Below are positions 1 to 8,960 of a stretch of 28,396 bases of DNA, piece after piece. Made by a program: the position numbers and the translations under genes. Within the stretch, counting starts at the first letter, position 1, and every line of letters starts with the position of its first letter. The notes below the pieces were generated by a model that was not told where the DNA came from, did not search any database, and saw only the letters and a program-made list of their open reading frames with translations. Source of the stretch: an uncultured Anaerolineae bacterium (lineage in GTDB: Bacteria; Chloroflexota; Anaerolineae; SpSt-600); NCBI GenBank assembly GCA_964404055.1, contig CAYOIS010000002.1, forward strand, positions 1-28,396, written 5' to 3'.

Positions 1-1
1 A

Positions 2-391
2 TTACGCTTGTATTTGAAGCAAGCGCAAATGGGTAACCCGCGGGTCTATGATTACTTCGTCGGCCTCAAAGTCCAGTTTCAGGCGCCATTTTTGCAAGGT
101 TGCCGCACCGATTATCACCGGCTCAGAAAGGCCTGGAATGAGCATGAATTCATCGGAGAAGCGGTAGCCTTCCAAATAGAAGTTGAGGCGTACCACCTGT
201 TCTGCCCGTAATGTTCTTCCCTCTTCAGCCGTGCTAAAATCCATCGGTTCAGGAAGGGGCACCACGATTTCAAGTTTCTCGGCTAGTTCAGGCTGAATGC
301 ACGAGTAGATAGCACCACTGTCAAAGATGGCCACCACTTCTTGGCTTCCCTTTGAGCCAGCCAGGCGGATACGTTTCTGAATTACGCCCAT
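2..391 (-). CDS. Retropepsin-like (clan AA) aspartic protease family protein, ~129 aa
   Basis: IFDSGAIYSCI is a D-S/T-G motif, followed by the typical IIGA(A)TL flap region. Start moved from 520 to the ATG at 391 (MGVIQKRIRL) because GGAGGT lies just upstream. Confidence 0.8.
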   Translation of the reverse strand: MGVIQKRIRLAGSKGSQEVVAIFDSGAIYSCIQPELAEKLEIVVPLPEPMDFSTAEEGRTLRAEQVVRLNFYLEGYRFSDEFMLIPGLSEPVIIGAATLQKWRLKLDFEADEVIIDPRVTHLRLLQIQA

Positions 392-409
392 AGGTTCACC
401 TCCAGCTAA

Positions 410-438
410 ATTGTACCATAAGAGTGCAGGCAATGGAA
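410..438 (-). promoter_or_regulatory. Putative sigma70-type promoter of the aspartic protease gene
   Basis: Minus strand reads TTCCAT-N17-TACAAT with TG at the extended -10 position (TGGTACAAT). Confidence 0.45.
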
Positions 439-525
439 AAAGTCTCTTATTTCGGCGGAGGTCTGGCCCGGTGCTAAACCTTAACCGGCCTTCGCCGCTT
501 AAGGGGTAAAGACCTATCAAGAAGT

Positions 526-553
526 TTGCACTGGCCTACCAGGCTTGTATAAT
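526..553 (+). promoter_or_regulatory. Putative sigma70-type promoter of the glpD operon
   Basis: TTGCAC (526-531)-N16-TATAAT (548-553); AGGAGG RBS precedes the ATG at 586. Confidence 0.55.
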
Positions 554-585
554 TGAAGTGAGTAGAGAAAGCCAGGAGGGGTGAG

Positions 586-2238
586 ATGGATTTCTCATTC
601 CGAGAGCGGCAGGATAATCTGGAACGCGCCAATAGAGAAGAGTTTGATATCGTGGTGATAGGCGGGGGGATAACAGGGGCAGGGATAGCTTGGGATGCAG
701 CACTGCGGGGCTTCACCACAGCCTTGATTGAAAAAGGGGATTTTGGAGACGGCACGAGCTCTCGCTCTTCTCGCCTCATTCATGGCGGATTGCGTTACCT
801 GCGCTATTTCCAGGTGGATTTGGTTTACGAGGCTTGTCAGGAGCGATTCTTGCTCCTGCGGCACATCGCTCCACACATGGTAAGGCCATTGCCTTTCATC
901 TACCCCGTTTACAAAGGCCATGGAATGGGGCTTTCAGGAGTGCGGGTGGGTATGTGGCTTTACGACCTCTTGGCCTTTTCCCGCCGGGTTGGGCGATACC
1001 AGATGCTTGGCCCCGATGAAGCTTTGAAGGCAGAGCCAGCTCTGGAGAAAGCAGGCCTAAAAGGAGCAGCTTTCTTCTACGATTGCTTGGGCAACGATAG
1101 CCAAATCACCTTGGCTACCGTAAAGGCCGCTTGCAAGGCGGGGGCTGTGCCCCTAAACTACGTAGAAGCCATTGGATTGCTCAAAAGCCAGGGGAAGGTA
1201 CGAGGGGTAGCTGCCCGCGATGTCCTCACCGGGAAGGAATTGGAGGTCAAAGCCAAGTTAGTGGTGAATGCTGCTGGCCCTTGGGCCGACCGGATACTGG
1301 CTATGGATTCACCAAGTTATACCGAGGGGCTTCGCCTGACTAAGGGGATACACTTAGTGGTGCGGAGGGAAAGGGTAGGCAACCAGAATGCCGTGACCAT
1401 TTCCTCCCCCAGGGATGGAAGGTTCGTCTTCCTAATCCCTTGGTGGCAGTTTACCATAATAGGCACTACCGATACCGATTACCAAGGGGACCCTGATATG
1501 GTCTATGCCGATGCCGAGGATGTGGATTACCTTCTGGAAGCTGTAAATTATACCTTGCCCCACGTTGAATTGAGGTCAGAAGACGTAATAAGCACTTTTG
1601 CTGCCCTCAGACCCTTGGCTTTCAAAGGGGGCTCATCCCCTTACGAGGTCTCCCGCAAGCACCGCATCTTTGAGACGCCCGGAGGGATGCTCTGCATCGC
1701 CGGAGGCAAGTTCACTACTTACCGCAAGATGGCCTGCGATTTGGTGGACAAGGCAGCGGAGAAGCTGGCCAAAGAATTCTCCCGCTTCCCTAAGGATAAA
1801 TGCCGCACTTACCAAACCCCTCTGCCTGGGGGAGAACGCCTGCCCGATGAAGAAACTTTGGCGCTTTGGGAAAAGGCTACGGGCTTAGGCAAAGAGCAAA
1901 TGGATTACCTGGCCTTCTCCTACGGCTCTGAACTGGAAAACGTGGTCCGCCTCATTCAGGCGGACCATTCCCTGGCCGAGCCTATAGTTCCTGGGTTGCC
2001 GTACGTGAAAGCTCAAATCCTTCACGCTATTCACCACGAAATGGCCATTACTTTGAAGGATTTTATGATGCGACGTACCCGCATCCTCTACGAAGCCCCC
2101 GATGGTGGCCTTAGCGCTGCTCCAGAAGTAGCTCGGCTAATGGCTGCGGAGCAAGGTTGGGACCAAGCCAGGGTGGAAAAGGAGCTGACTGAGCTCAAGC
2201 AAGAATGGGAGAAAACTCAGCGGTTCCGTCGCTCATAA
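586..2238 (+). CDS. glpD: FAD-dependent glycerol-3-phosphate dehydrogenase/oxidase
   Basis: DIVVIGGGITGAG FAD-binding motif, GTSSRSSRLIHGGLRYL, KGIHLVV, FLIPW, GTTDTDY and GGKFTTYRKMA; 550 aa. Confidence 0.93.
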   Translation: MDFSFRERQDNLERANREEFDIVVIGGGITGAGIAWDAALRGFTTALIEKGDFGDGTSSRSSRLIHGGLRYLRYFQVDLVYEACQERFLLLRHIAPHMVRPLPFIYPVYKGHGMGLSGVRVGMWLYDLLAFSRRVGRYQMLGPDEALKAEPALEKAGLKGAAFFYDCLGNDSQITLATVKAACKAGAVPLNYVEAIGLLKSQGKVRGVAARDVLTGKELEVKAKLVVNAAGPWADRILAMDSPSYTEGLRLTKGIHLVVRRERVGNQNAVTISSPRDGRFVFLIPWWQFTIIGTTDTDYQGDPDMVYADAEDVDYLLEAVNYTLPHVELRSEDVISTFAALRPLAFKGGSSPYEVSRKHRIFETPGGMLCIAGGKFTTYRKMACDLVDKAAEKLAKEFSRFPKDKCRTYQTPLPGGERLPDEETLALWEKATGLGKEQMDYLAFSYGSELENVVRLIQADHSLAEPIVPGLPYVKAQILHAIHHEMAITLKDFMMRRTRILYEAPDGGLSAAPEVARLMAAEQGWDQARVEKELTELKQEWEKTQRFRRS

Positions 2239-2251
2239 GGAGGGGAACGAA

Positions 2252-2767
2252 TTGAACCTGCTTTTAACTGGAAAACCGGGCATAGGCAAAACCACGGTTA
2301 TAATGCGTGTGCTGGAAGCTTTGAGCATCCCGGCTACTGGCTTCTACACCAGGGAAATCCGAGGCCCCAGAGGGCGCTTGGGTTTTGAAGCCGTAACTTT
2401 GGATGGAAAAAGGTGCACCCTGGCCCATGTAGATTTCCGTAGCCCATACAAGGTGAGCAAATACGGGGTTGATGTAGCCACCTTTGAGCGAGTAATTGTG
2501 CCATCAATAGAGCCAAGCCTTAACCTTCAAGCCGCCATGATAGTGATAGACGAAATCGGCAAGATGGAGTGCTTCTCCACCCTGTTCTGCGAGGCTGTGC
2601 TTAGGGCATTAGATTCCGAAAAACCGGTTTTGGGCACGATAACTTTCGGGGGAGGGGATTTCATAGAAAGCATCAAACGCCGTCCCGATGTGGAAATCAT
2701 CCTGGTGACCGTTGCCAATAGGGATAGCCTACCAAAAGCCATTTTGAGCAAATTAGGCGCGGTGTAA
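2252..2767 (+). CDS. P-loop nucleoside-triphosphatase (NTPase_1/THEP1 family)
   Basis: Walker A GKPGIGKTT, GFYTREIR, and Walker B VIDEIGKME; TTG start with AGGAGG RBS. Confidence 0.88.
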   Translation: MNLLLTGKPGIGKTTVIMRVLEALSIPATGFYTREIRGPRGRLGFEAVTLDGKRCTLAHVDFRSPYKVSKYGVDVATFERVIVPSIEPSLNLQAAMIVIDEIGKMECFSTLFCEAVLRALDSEKPVLGTITFGGGDFIESIKRRPDVEIILVTVANRDSLPKAILSKLGAV

Positions 2768-2770
2768 GAA

Positions 2771-4606
2771 ATGCCGTTACCTTGGGAAACATTGGAAAGG
2801 CTTTTAAGCAAAGTCACAAAACCTGCTCGCTACGTAGGCGGTGAACTCAACAGCATCGTCAAAGACTGGGGCAAAGCCAAGGTGAAAATCGCCCTGGCTT
2901 ATCCGGATGCCTATGAAGTAGGCATGTCCAACCTCGGCCTTGCCATCCTTTACGACATCATAAACAGCCAGGAAGAATTCGTAGCCGAGCGGGTCTATGC
3001 CCCCTGGCCTGACATGGAAGAGGTAATGCGCCAAGAGAAAATCCCGCTTTTCAGCTTGGAAACCCGCCACTTCCTGAAAGAGTTTGACTTTGTAGGCTTC
3101 AGCTTGCAATACGAACTCACTTACACCAATGTCCTGAATATGCTGGACCTGGCCGGTATTCCCCTGATGTCGTTTCAGAGGACCGACGATGACCCGTTGG
3201 TGATAGCTGGTGGGCCATGCACCTTTAACCCCGAGCCTATGGCCCCCTTCGTTGATTTCTTCGTCATCGGGGATGGGGAGGAGGTGATTCTGGAAATACT
3301 GAAGGCTTATGCCGAGTGGAAGGAAAAGGGTGGTAAAAGGCGGGAATTCTTGCGCCAGGCTGTTTCTATAGAAGGTGTGTACGTTCCCTCTTTCTACCGG
3401 ACCAATTACAACCCTGACGGGACCTTTGGCGGTGTGACGCCGCTTCTTCCGGAAGCGCCAGCCAGTGTGCGCAAGCGTTTAATTCCAACCCTTACCCCAA
3501 TCCCTACTAAGCCTGTCCTGCCACACATGGAAACTGTCCACGACCGGGGGAACATTGAAATCCAACGGGGGTGCGGTCAAGGCTGCCGCTTCTGTCAGGC
3601 GGGGATAATCTACAGGCCTGTGCGGGAAAGGCCGCTTGAGGAAATCTTGGGAGCAATAGGGGAACTGCTCCAGAACACGGGGTATGAAGAGATTGCCTTG
3701 ACCTCCCTTTCCAGTGCCGATTATTCCCGGATTGAGGAGCTGTTAGAGAAGCTAGACAGTAAGCATTACCCGTGGCCTTTAGCTATATCCCTCCCTTCCC
3801 TTAGGGTTGATTCTTTCTCCGTTTCCTTGGCTGAAAAACTGGAGAAGCGCGGGCGGACAGGGCTTACCTTTGCTCCTGAGGCTGGTAGCCAGCGCTTGCG
3901 GGATGTGATAAACAAAAAGGTCACCGAAGCCGATATCTTAGAAGTGGCTGAAGCCGCTTACTCCCGCGGTTGGCATCGCCTGAAATTCTACTTCATGATT
4001 GGCCTACCTACGGAAACAATGGAGGATGTAGCTGAGATAGGCAGAATAGTGCACAAAGTCTTGGACATTGGCCGTAAGTACCAAGGAGGGCGAGCCGAAT
4101 TAGCCGTAAGTGTTGCCACTTTTGTACCTAAGCCCCATACCCCGTTCCAATGGTTGCCGATGGCCGGTGAAGAAGAAGTGGCGGAGAAGCAGAGGATGCT
4201 GCGCAGACTCCTCAAGCGCAGGGGCATTTTCCTGAGCCTATCGGATTACCGCACTTCCCTTTTGGAAGCTGTCCTTGGCCGTGGGGACAGAAGGCTGGGT
4301 GAAGTCATCTATAGGGCCTGGCGCAAGGGAGCTAAATTTGATGCCTGGGGTGAGCTCTTCCGCTGGGATTTGTGGGATGAAGCTTTCCGCGAGGCCGGTT
4401 TGAGTCCTTCCTTCTACGCTCACCGCTTTCGCTCTAGGGATGAAATTTTCCCTTGGGACCACATTGACACCGGGGTTGAGAAAGAATTCCTCTGGGAGGA
4501 ATACCAGAGGGCACTTCGGGGCGAAACCACCCCAGATTGCCGGAGGAATTGCTACGCTTGCGGCATAAGGAAAGCTTTCAAGATTAAGGAGCCGGTCCTA
4601 GCTTAA
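2771..4606 (+). CDS. Radical SAM protein, TIGR03960-like (B12-binding-like N-terminus)
   Basis: KPARYVGGELN, YPDAYEVGMSNLG, RGCGQGCRFC (CxxxCxxC), FAPEAGSQRLR, YFMIGLPTET, C-terminal CRRNCYACG. Confidence 0.88.
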   Translation: MPLPWETLERLLSKVTKPARYVGGELNSIVKDWGKAKVKIALAYPDAYEVGMSNLGLAILYDIINSQEEFVAERVYAPWPDMEEVMRQEKIPLFSLETRHFLKEFDFVGFSLQYELTYTNVLNMLDLAGIPLMSFQRTDDDPLVIAGGPCTFNPEPMAPFVDFFVIGDGEEVILEILKAYAEWKEKGGKRREFLRQAVSIEGVYVPSFYRTNYNPDGTFGGVTPLLPEAPASVRKRLIPTLTPIPTKPVLPHMETVHDRGNIEIQRGCGQGCRFCQAGIIYRPVRERPLEEILGAIGELLQNTGYEEIALTSLSSADYSRIEELLEKLDSKHYPWPLAISLPSLRVDSFSVSLAEKLEKRGRTGLTFAPEAGSQRLRDVINKKVTEADILEVAEAAYSRGWHRLKFYFMIGLPTETMEDVAEIGRIVHKVLDIGRKYQGGRAELAVSVATFVPKPHTPFQWLPMAGEEEVAEKQRMLRRLLKRRGIFLSLSDYRTSLLEAVLGRGDRRLGEVIYRAWRKGAKFDAWGELFRWDLWDEAFREAGLSPSFYAHRFRSRDEIFPWDHIDTGVEKEFLWEEYQRALRGETTPDCRRNCYACGIRKAFKIKEPVLA

Positions 4607-6147
4607 ATCCTCACCACCTTCTCCCATGGAGTAGGCTCTTTCCTGGGCCAAGGGCCGAGGTATTTGCCCCTTTCCAGCCCTGCCTTCTCCAGTGCCTTTT
4701 CCCAGCGCGAAGGCGTGACTTTTTCCCCACTCTCGACTACTTCGGCCAGAGCTAAACCTATGTGCCTATCGCCACGGCTAAGAGTGGCCTGAACAATGGC
4801 CCAGGCGGGGCTTTCGGCCCGAACTTTAACCTTGAGTCGGCCCAAAAGCCGCCGCAGAAGCTTTAAGCGTTCTTCAAGCTCTTCCTCTGAGGCCATGCCT
4901 ATCCTTTGAAATGGGGTGTGGGGCTTGGGGACGAAGGGGGAAATGTTCACCACTAATTCGCCTTCAAACCGTTTGAGAACTTCCGCTACCAGCTTCCCGA
5001 TTGCCTTTACATCCTCCTCGCTCTCCCTTGGGAGGCCTATCATAAAGTAAAGCTTCATCCGGCGGATGCCATGCTTTTCGGCCAGCTCAGCTACGCGGAG
5101 GACGTCCTCTTCCGGAATCGGCTTGCCGATTACCCTTCTGAGGGCGAAGCTTCCGGCTTCGGGGGCCAATGTTATGGTGGCCGAACTTTGAGCTATGGCC
5201 TTGATGAGCTTATCGGTTACGGATTCGGCCCTTAAAGAGGAGGTAGAAATTCCTGCTCCGAGGGCCATGAGGCCATCCAAAAGCTCGTCCATCTTGGAAT
5301 AATCGGAAACGGCGAACCCCACAAGGCCGATGGTCTTGCGCCAATTTAGCCCTTGCCGAGCCTGGGCTAAGATTGAATCCACTGAGCGCTCCCTTAGGGG
5401 AGGGTAAATGCACCTTGCCAAGCAGAACCGGCAATCCCTCCCGCAGCCCCTCTCTATCTCTACGAGGTACATCCCTCCGAACTCGGTGTCCTCCGTAAGC
5501 ACAACCGAATGGACTGGGTAAAGGTCCAAGTTACGGACCCATTGCCTGGGCACAGGGGGATCGGAAATGGAGTGCAGGAGTGGGACATAAACCCCTTGAA
5601 TTTTTTTCAGCGCTCTGAGGAGCTCATTCCGGGAAAGAGAAGGGGCTTCCCTCAAAACAGCCACCAACTCCGGGATTACCTCTTCGGCCTCGCCTATCAC
5701 GAAAGCGTCCATGAACAAAGCCAAGGGCTCGGGGTTGGCTGAGACAGCTGGTCCTCCGGCGATGACTAAAGCATCTCCTTCCCCTCGGTCGGCGGAAAAA
5801 AGGGGGATGCGGCTGCGCCTTAGCACCTCTAAAACGTTGAAGTAATCAAGCTCGTAAGGGATGGAGAAAGCTATGACTGAGAAGTCGGCTAAAGGGCGTT
5901 GCGATTCCAGGGAAATTGGTCCCCCTTCATCCATAAAGAGGGGGTCAGCAAAAACTCTCTCGCAAACCACGTCCTTTTCGGTATTGAAAAGGCGATAGAC
6001 GGTCTGGAAGCCGAGGCTGGACATGCCGATGTAGTAAGTGTTGGGATAAACGAGGGCAATTGGGATTTTCCCTCCCCAATCTTTTAGTGTGAAGCCTATC
6101 TCCTTTTGCAGAGTGGCTCTGGCTTTTGCCTTCTTTTTCCAGCTCAT
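4603..6147 (-). CDS. Radical SAM protein, paralogue of 2771-4606
   Basis: YPNTYYIGMSSLGF, IAGGPAVSANPEP, RGCGRDCRFC, LAPEAGS, YFMIGLP, PFVPKPHTPFQ. Confidence 0.88.
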   Translation of the reverse strand: MSWKKKAKARATLQKEIGFTLKDWGGKIPIALVYPNTYYIGMSSLGFQTVYRLFNTEKDVVCERVFADPLFMDEGGPISLESQRPLADFSVIAFSIPYELDYFNVLEVLRRSRIPLFSADRGEGDALVIAGGPAVSANPEPLALFMDAFVIGEAEEVIPELVAVLREAPSLSRNELLRALKKIQGVYVPLLHSISDPPVPRQWVRNLDLYPVHSVVLTEDTEFGGMYLVEIERGCGRDCRFCLARCIYPPLRERSVDSILAQARQGLNWRKTIGLVGFAVSDYSKMDELLDGLMALGAGISTSSLRAESVTDKLIKAIAQSSATITLAPEAGSFALRRVIGKPIPEEDVLRVAELAEKHGIRRMKLYFMIGLPRESEEDVKAIGKLVAEVLKRFEGELVVNISPFVPKPHTPFQRIGMASEEELEERLKLLRRLLGRLKVKVRAESPAWAIVQATLSRGDRHIGLALAEVVESGEKVTPSRWEKALEKAGLERGKYLGPWPRKEPTPWEKVVRI

Positions 6148-6698
6148 TTAGCGAGTGGCTCTAACAGCGGCACCACCTCTCCTTTCAATTGCTTTAGCAC
6201 TTTTCCCAATTCTGTATCCTTAAGCCTGATGGAGACAGGGACTTCCATCTGGACCGGGATAGTTTGGCTTACCGGCACTTCTACGTAGAGTTCTATAGGC
6301 AACTTTAGGCCGGGAGGGAGTGCCAAGCTCACGGTACCCCTTATGGAGCCTCCTCCCCCTGGGAGGACGAAATTGGCGTTAGTGCTAAGGGGGACAGAGC
6401 CTACTATGGTAACCCTGGTGCGGGTATTTAGAGGCAGGGTGAAATTGATGGGGATTGTATCGCTTATGGGCACTTTGACGTTTATAGTGGCCTCTTCCAA
6501 CCGGTTGAGCTCGGTCATAATTCTGGTAACCTTTGGCTTTATGAGCGCTTGGTGGGCTTGAGGTAACCGCCAGAAGAGCAAGTCCAGGAGGATAATAAGG
6601 GCTATGAGGAGGATGAGGTTAGTGCAAAAGGAAAAGACGATGGCAATATTCTTGAAGGCATCCCAAAGCTTGTTCCATTGGATAGGGATTTTGCCCAT
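6144..6698 (-). CDS. Hypothetical membrane-anchored protein
   Basis: N-terminal hydrophobic helix (IAIVFSFCTNLILLIALIILLDLLFW), then a V/I/P-rich beta-strand region. GGAGG RBS; 4-nt overlap with the downstream radical SAM gene. Confidence 0.75.
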   Translation of the reverse strand: MGKIPIQWNKLWDAFKNIAIVFSFCTNLILLIALIILLDLLFWRLPQAHQALIKPKVTRIMTELNRLEEATINVKVPISDTIPINFTLPLNTRTRVTIVGSVPLSTNANFVLPGGGGSIRGTVSLALPPGLKLPIELYVEVPVSQTIPVQMEVPVSIRLKDTELGKVLKQLKGEVVPLLEPLAK

Positions 6699-6749
6699 GT
6701 TTATCCTCCTTGTGAGACTTTAAGCCAAGCTAAATGCCGCGCCTTTGCA

Positions 6750-6778
6750 ATTATATCAGCGGAAACGATATATGCCAA
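6750..6778 (-). promoter_or_regulatory. Putative sigma70-type promoter for the 6698/6147 operon
   Basis: Minus strand reads TTGGCA-N17-TATAAT with extended -10 (TGATATAAT). Confidence 0.6.
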
Positions 6779-7109
6779 TTGGAGCTCGGAGCTTTTACAT
6801 TGCAATCGAGAAGCCTTCGCAATTTTGGGGTCCTGCGCCGGCCCCTGGCCGAGAGCCCAAAGGAGCTTACAACTCAGGTGAGGAGCCTCGGTAGAAAGGT
6901 TTTCTCCTGTTAGCTTTAGGTTTGCCAAAGCTTTGGTCCCCGCTCATGGTAGGCTTGTAATAGTCCGAAGCTCGCCCCCTTTTACTCCCTCCTCGTAGTG
7001 AGCTATGGGAGGTTTGGGGAATACTTCACACAAGCCTTGGGAGGGTGTAAGTCGCATTCCACTGCCAGTTTAATGGAGGTCGGTGGAGGCTGGCCCAAAG
7101 CCTGAGGAG

Positions 7110-7125
7110 GCCGATTTCAGTCGGC
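7110..7125. repeat. Short REP-like palindrome, copy 1
   Basis: GCCGATTTCAGTCGGC. With flanks it matches 18/20 nt (AGGCCGATTTCAGTCGGCAT vs AGGCTGATTTCAATCGGCAT) to the copy at ~27656-27675. Confidence 0.45.
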
Positions 7126-7185
7126 ATGGAAAGCCAAAGGAAGAGACTTGATAAACTTGGGGCATGCCTTGTGCGCACTTTTTAA

Positions 7186-7214
7186 TTGCCAAAAAAAGCT
7201 TTTTGAGGTATAAT
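7186..7214 (+). promoter_or_regulatory. Putative sigma70-type promoter upstream of the M28 peptidase
   Basis: TTGCCA (7186-7191)-N17-TATAAT (7209-7214). Confidence 0.65.
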
Positions 7215-7334
7215 TGAAAATGTCACCGCCCAAACTGGTCCCATTGCTCCGTTGTCTTTAGGGGGATAGTGTAATAAACTTTGGAGCAAAGGGATTATGA
7301 AGAAGAGCCCCTTTGGTGTTGAAGCTGTAAAGTG

Positions 7335-7414
7335 CCTTAACCCCCTTCCCGGCAGGGGAAAGTGGAGTAGTAGGGTTGTAAATTGCTCCCCTTGCTTTAT
7401 GGAAAGGTTAGGGG
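7335..7414. repeat. Degenerate copy of the GC-rich REPIN-like element
   Basis: Left arm CCTTAACCCCCTTCCCGGCAGGGGAAAG resembles the arms at 8967 and 18673. The complementary right arm GGAAAGGTTAGGGG abuts the ATG at 7415. Confidence 0.5.
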
Positions 7415-8593
7415 ATGCTCCCGCAAGTTGCTCGCTGGCAAGAGCATGTTCGGATACTGGCTGAGGTAATCGGCCCCCGCGGCTCTACTACTGAGGGAGA
7501 ACGGCGTGGTTCCGAATACTGCTACGAAGTGTTAGCTGGCTTGGGCTTCAGCCCTCATCTGGAATCTTTATCCAGCGCCCGCTCTATCTACCATCCTCAT
7601 CTTATCGCTGCCCTAATGTTTCTAACTGCTTGGCTTATCTATCCATTGGGAGGACGGGTCACCGCTGCCGTTGCCGTTCTCCTCTCGCTTATTGCCCTCA
7701 CTTCTGAGCTTTTGGAACTCTCTTTTCACGATAACCTTTTGCGCCGGTTAATCCCCAAAGGGCAGAGCCAGAACGTCTTCGCTATTATCCCGCCCAAGGA
7801 GGAGCACCGTCAGGACCTTATCCTCATTGGCCACGTGGATAGCCACCGCACTCCCCTCATCTTCCGCAGCCCCCGCTGGGTTTCCGCTTACACCATCTTC
7901 ACTACCGTTGCCTTTGTCGCTTTCTTGGCCCAGGCTTTTCTTTTCCTTTTGGGGATGATTGCTGGCTGGGAATGGGTCTGGCCCGCTTCAGCTCCTGGTG
8001 CAGTATGTGCTGTCTTGCTCTTGGCCCTTTGCATTCAAGCAGACCTGACCCCATTCAGCCCTGGGGCGAACGACAACGCTACGGGTGTTGGTTTAGTGCT
8101 GAGCTTGGCGGAAGCATTGCGGGATTCCCCCTTGCGCTACACCCGCGTCTGGGCTGTCTGCACAGGCTGTGAGGAAGTCCAGCACTACGGTGCAGCTGCC
8201 TTTTTCGCTCGCCACCGGACGGAGTTCCGCAACCCTGTAGCTTTGGTTTTTGAGATGTTGGGCTGCAGTGGGCCTGCTTGGCTAATCAAGGAAGGCATCG
8301 TCGTTCCCTTCCGGGCCGACAAACGCTTGGCGAAGCTGGCGGAGGAATTAGCTCAGGCTCATCCTGAATGGGGTGCTTTTCCAACCAGCCTTTCCGGTGG
8401 CAATACGGAAATGGCTGATGCGTTGCGGGCTGGCATCCCTGCCATCACTCTGATTGGGATTGGGCGCCGGGGGGATAAACCATACTGGCATCGTATAGAC
8501 GATACGCCCGACAAGATGAACCCAGCGGTTATGGAGCGGGCTTGGGCTTTTGCCTGGGCCTTTATCCAAGCTTTAGACCAACAAGCAGGGTAA
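7415..8593 (+). CDS. M28 family zinc metallopeptidase with transmembrane insertions
   Basis: GHVDS, GANDNATG, GCEEV, FEMLG and YWHRIDDT metal-ligand motifs; four hydrophobic segments. Confidence 0.85.
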   Translation: MLPQVARWQEHVRILAEVIGPRGSTTEGERRGSEYCYEVLAGLGFSPHLESLSSARSIYHPHLIAALMFLTAWLIYPLGGRVTAAVAVLLSLIALTSELLELSFHDNLLRRLIPKGQSQNVFAIIPPKEEHRQDLILIGHVDSHRTPLIFRSPRWVSAYTIFTTVAFVAFLAQAFLFLLGMIAGWEWVWPASAPGAVCAVLLLALCIQADLTPFSPGANDNATGVGLVLSLAEALRDSPLRYTRVWAVCTGCEEVQHYGAAAFFARHRTEFRNPVALVFEMLGCSGPAWLIKEGIVVPFRADKRLAKLAEELAQAHPEWGAFPTSLSGGNTEMADALRAGIPAITLIGIGRRGDKPYWHRIDDTPDKMNPAVMERAWAFAWAFIQALDQQAG

Positions 8594-8687
8594 GAAGTGC
8601 CGTGGGACACAGCTTAGAAGTGTTGGTTGCCTTTGATGCGGAGGTCTTGGGGGAGCCGAGGCCATTGCTGTGTTAGGGTTTAGGGCG

Positions 8688-8923
8688 AAAATCCGAGGAT
8701 GAAGGGGGGTCGGGGCACTTTTGGAGATGCTCGGAATTTTGGCGCGGTATGCCACTACAAGTAGTGGGGCAACAGCTCCAAACTGGCACTTATGGGGTAT
8801 TTGGGCGGCAAAAATCCGAGCATCCTCCCACTTTTTGGGGCCTGTGGAGATGCTCGGAAATGGAAAAGATGGTAGTTTTTGGCCAAATTCTGGTTACAGA
8901 GATGATGTTTAATGGCTTCATAG
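8688..8923 (+). promoter_or_regulatory. CRISPR leader-like sequence, copy A
   Basis: Homologous to 18361-18629 (identical 28-mer GCACTTTTGGAGATGCTCGGAATTTTGG at 8715-8742 and 18388-18415). Two inverted-repeat units at 8692-8735 and 8815-8858; ends at a CRISPR repeat. Confidence 0.75.
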
Positions 8924-8960
8924 GTGAAAGATTGAGCTATCCCCTTCGGGGGATTGAAAC
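8924..8960 (+). CRISPR. Solitary CRISPR repeat A (37 nt)
   Basis: GTGAAAGATTGAGCTATCCCCTTCGGGGGATTGAAAC has the hairpin ATCCCC-TTCG-GGGGAT and a 3' ATTGAAAC handle; the 3' half matches repeats at 18630 and 28063-28238. Confidence 0.75.

Noticed and set aside
2-391. Aspartic protease as a type III CRISPR effector
   Set aside because: It is over 8 kb from cas10, in a housekeeping context, and has no CARF or SAVED domain.
392-520. N-terminal extension of the 2..520 ORF
   Set aside because: It overlaps the putative promoter; the RBS and domain start fit the ATG at 391.
6701-6928. 75-aa minus-strand ORF
   Set aside because: No RBS or recognisable domain, and it runs through the predicted promoter at 6750-6778.
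6699-7414. Cobalamin or other known riboswitch, or tRNA, in the long intergenic region
   Set aside because: No recognisable conserved motifs or cloverleaf by eye; a covariance-model search would settle it.
8573-8755. Similar minus-strand ORFs at 8573-8755 and 18201-18419 (AKIPSISKSA...)
   Set aside because: The similarity comes from the duplicated non-coding leader; the frames diverge outside it.
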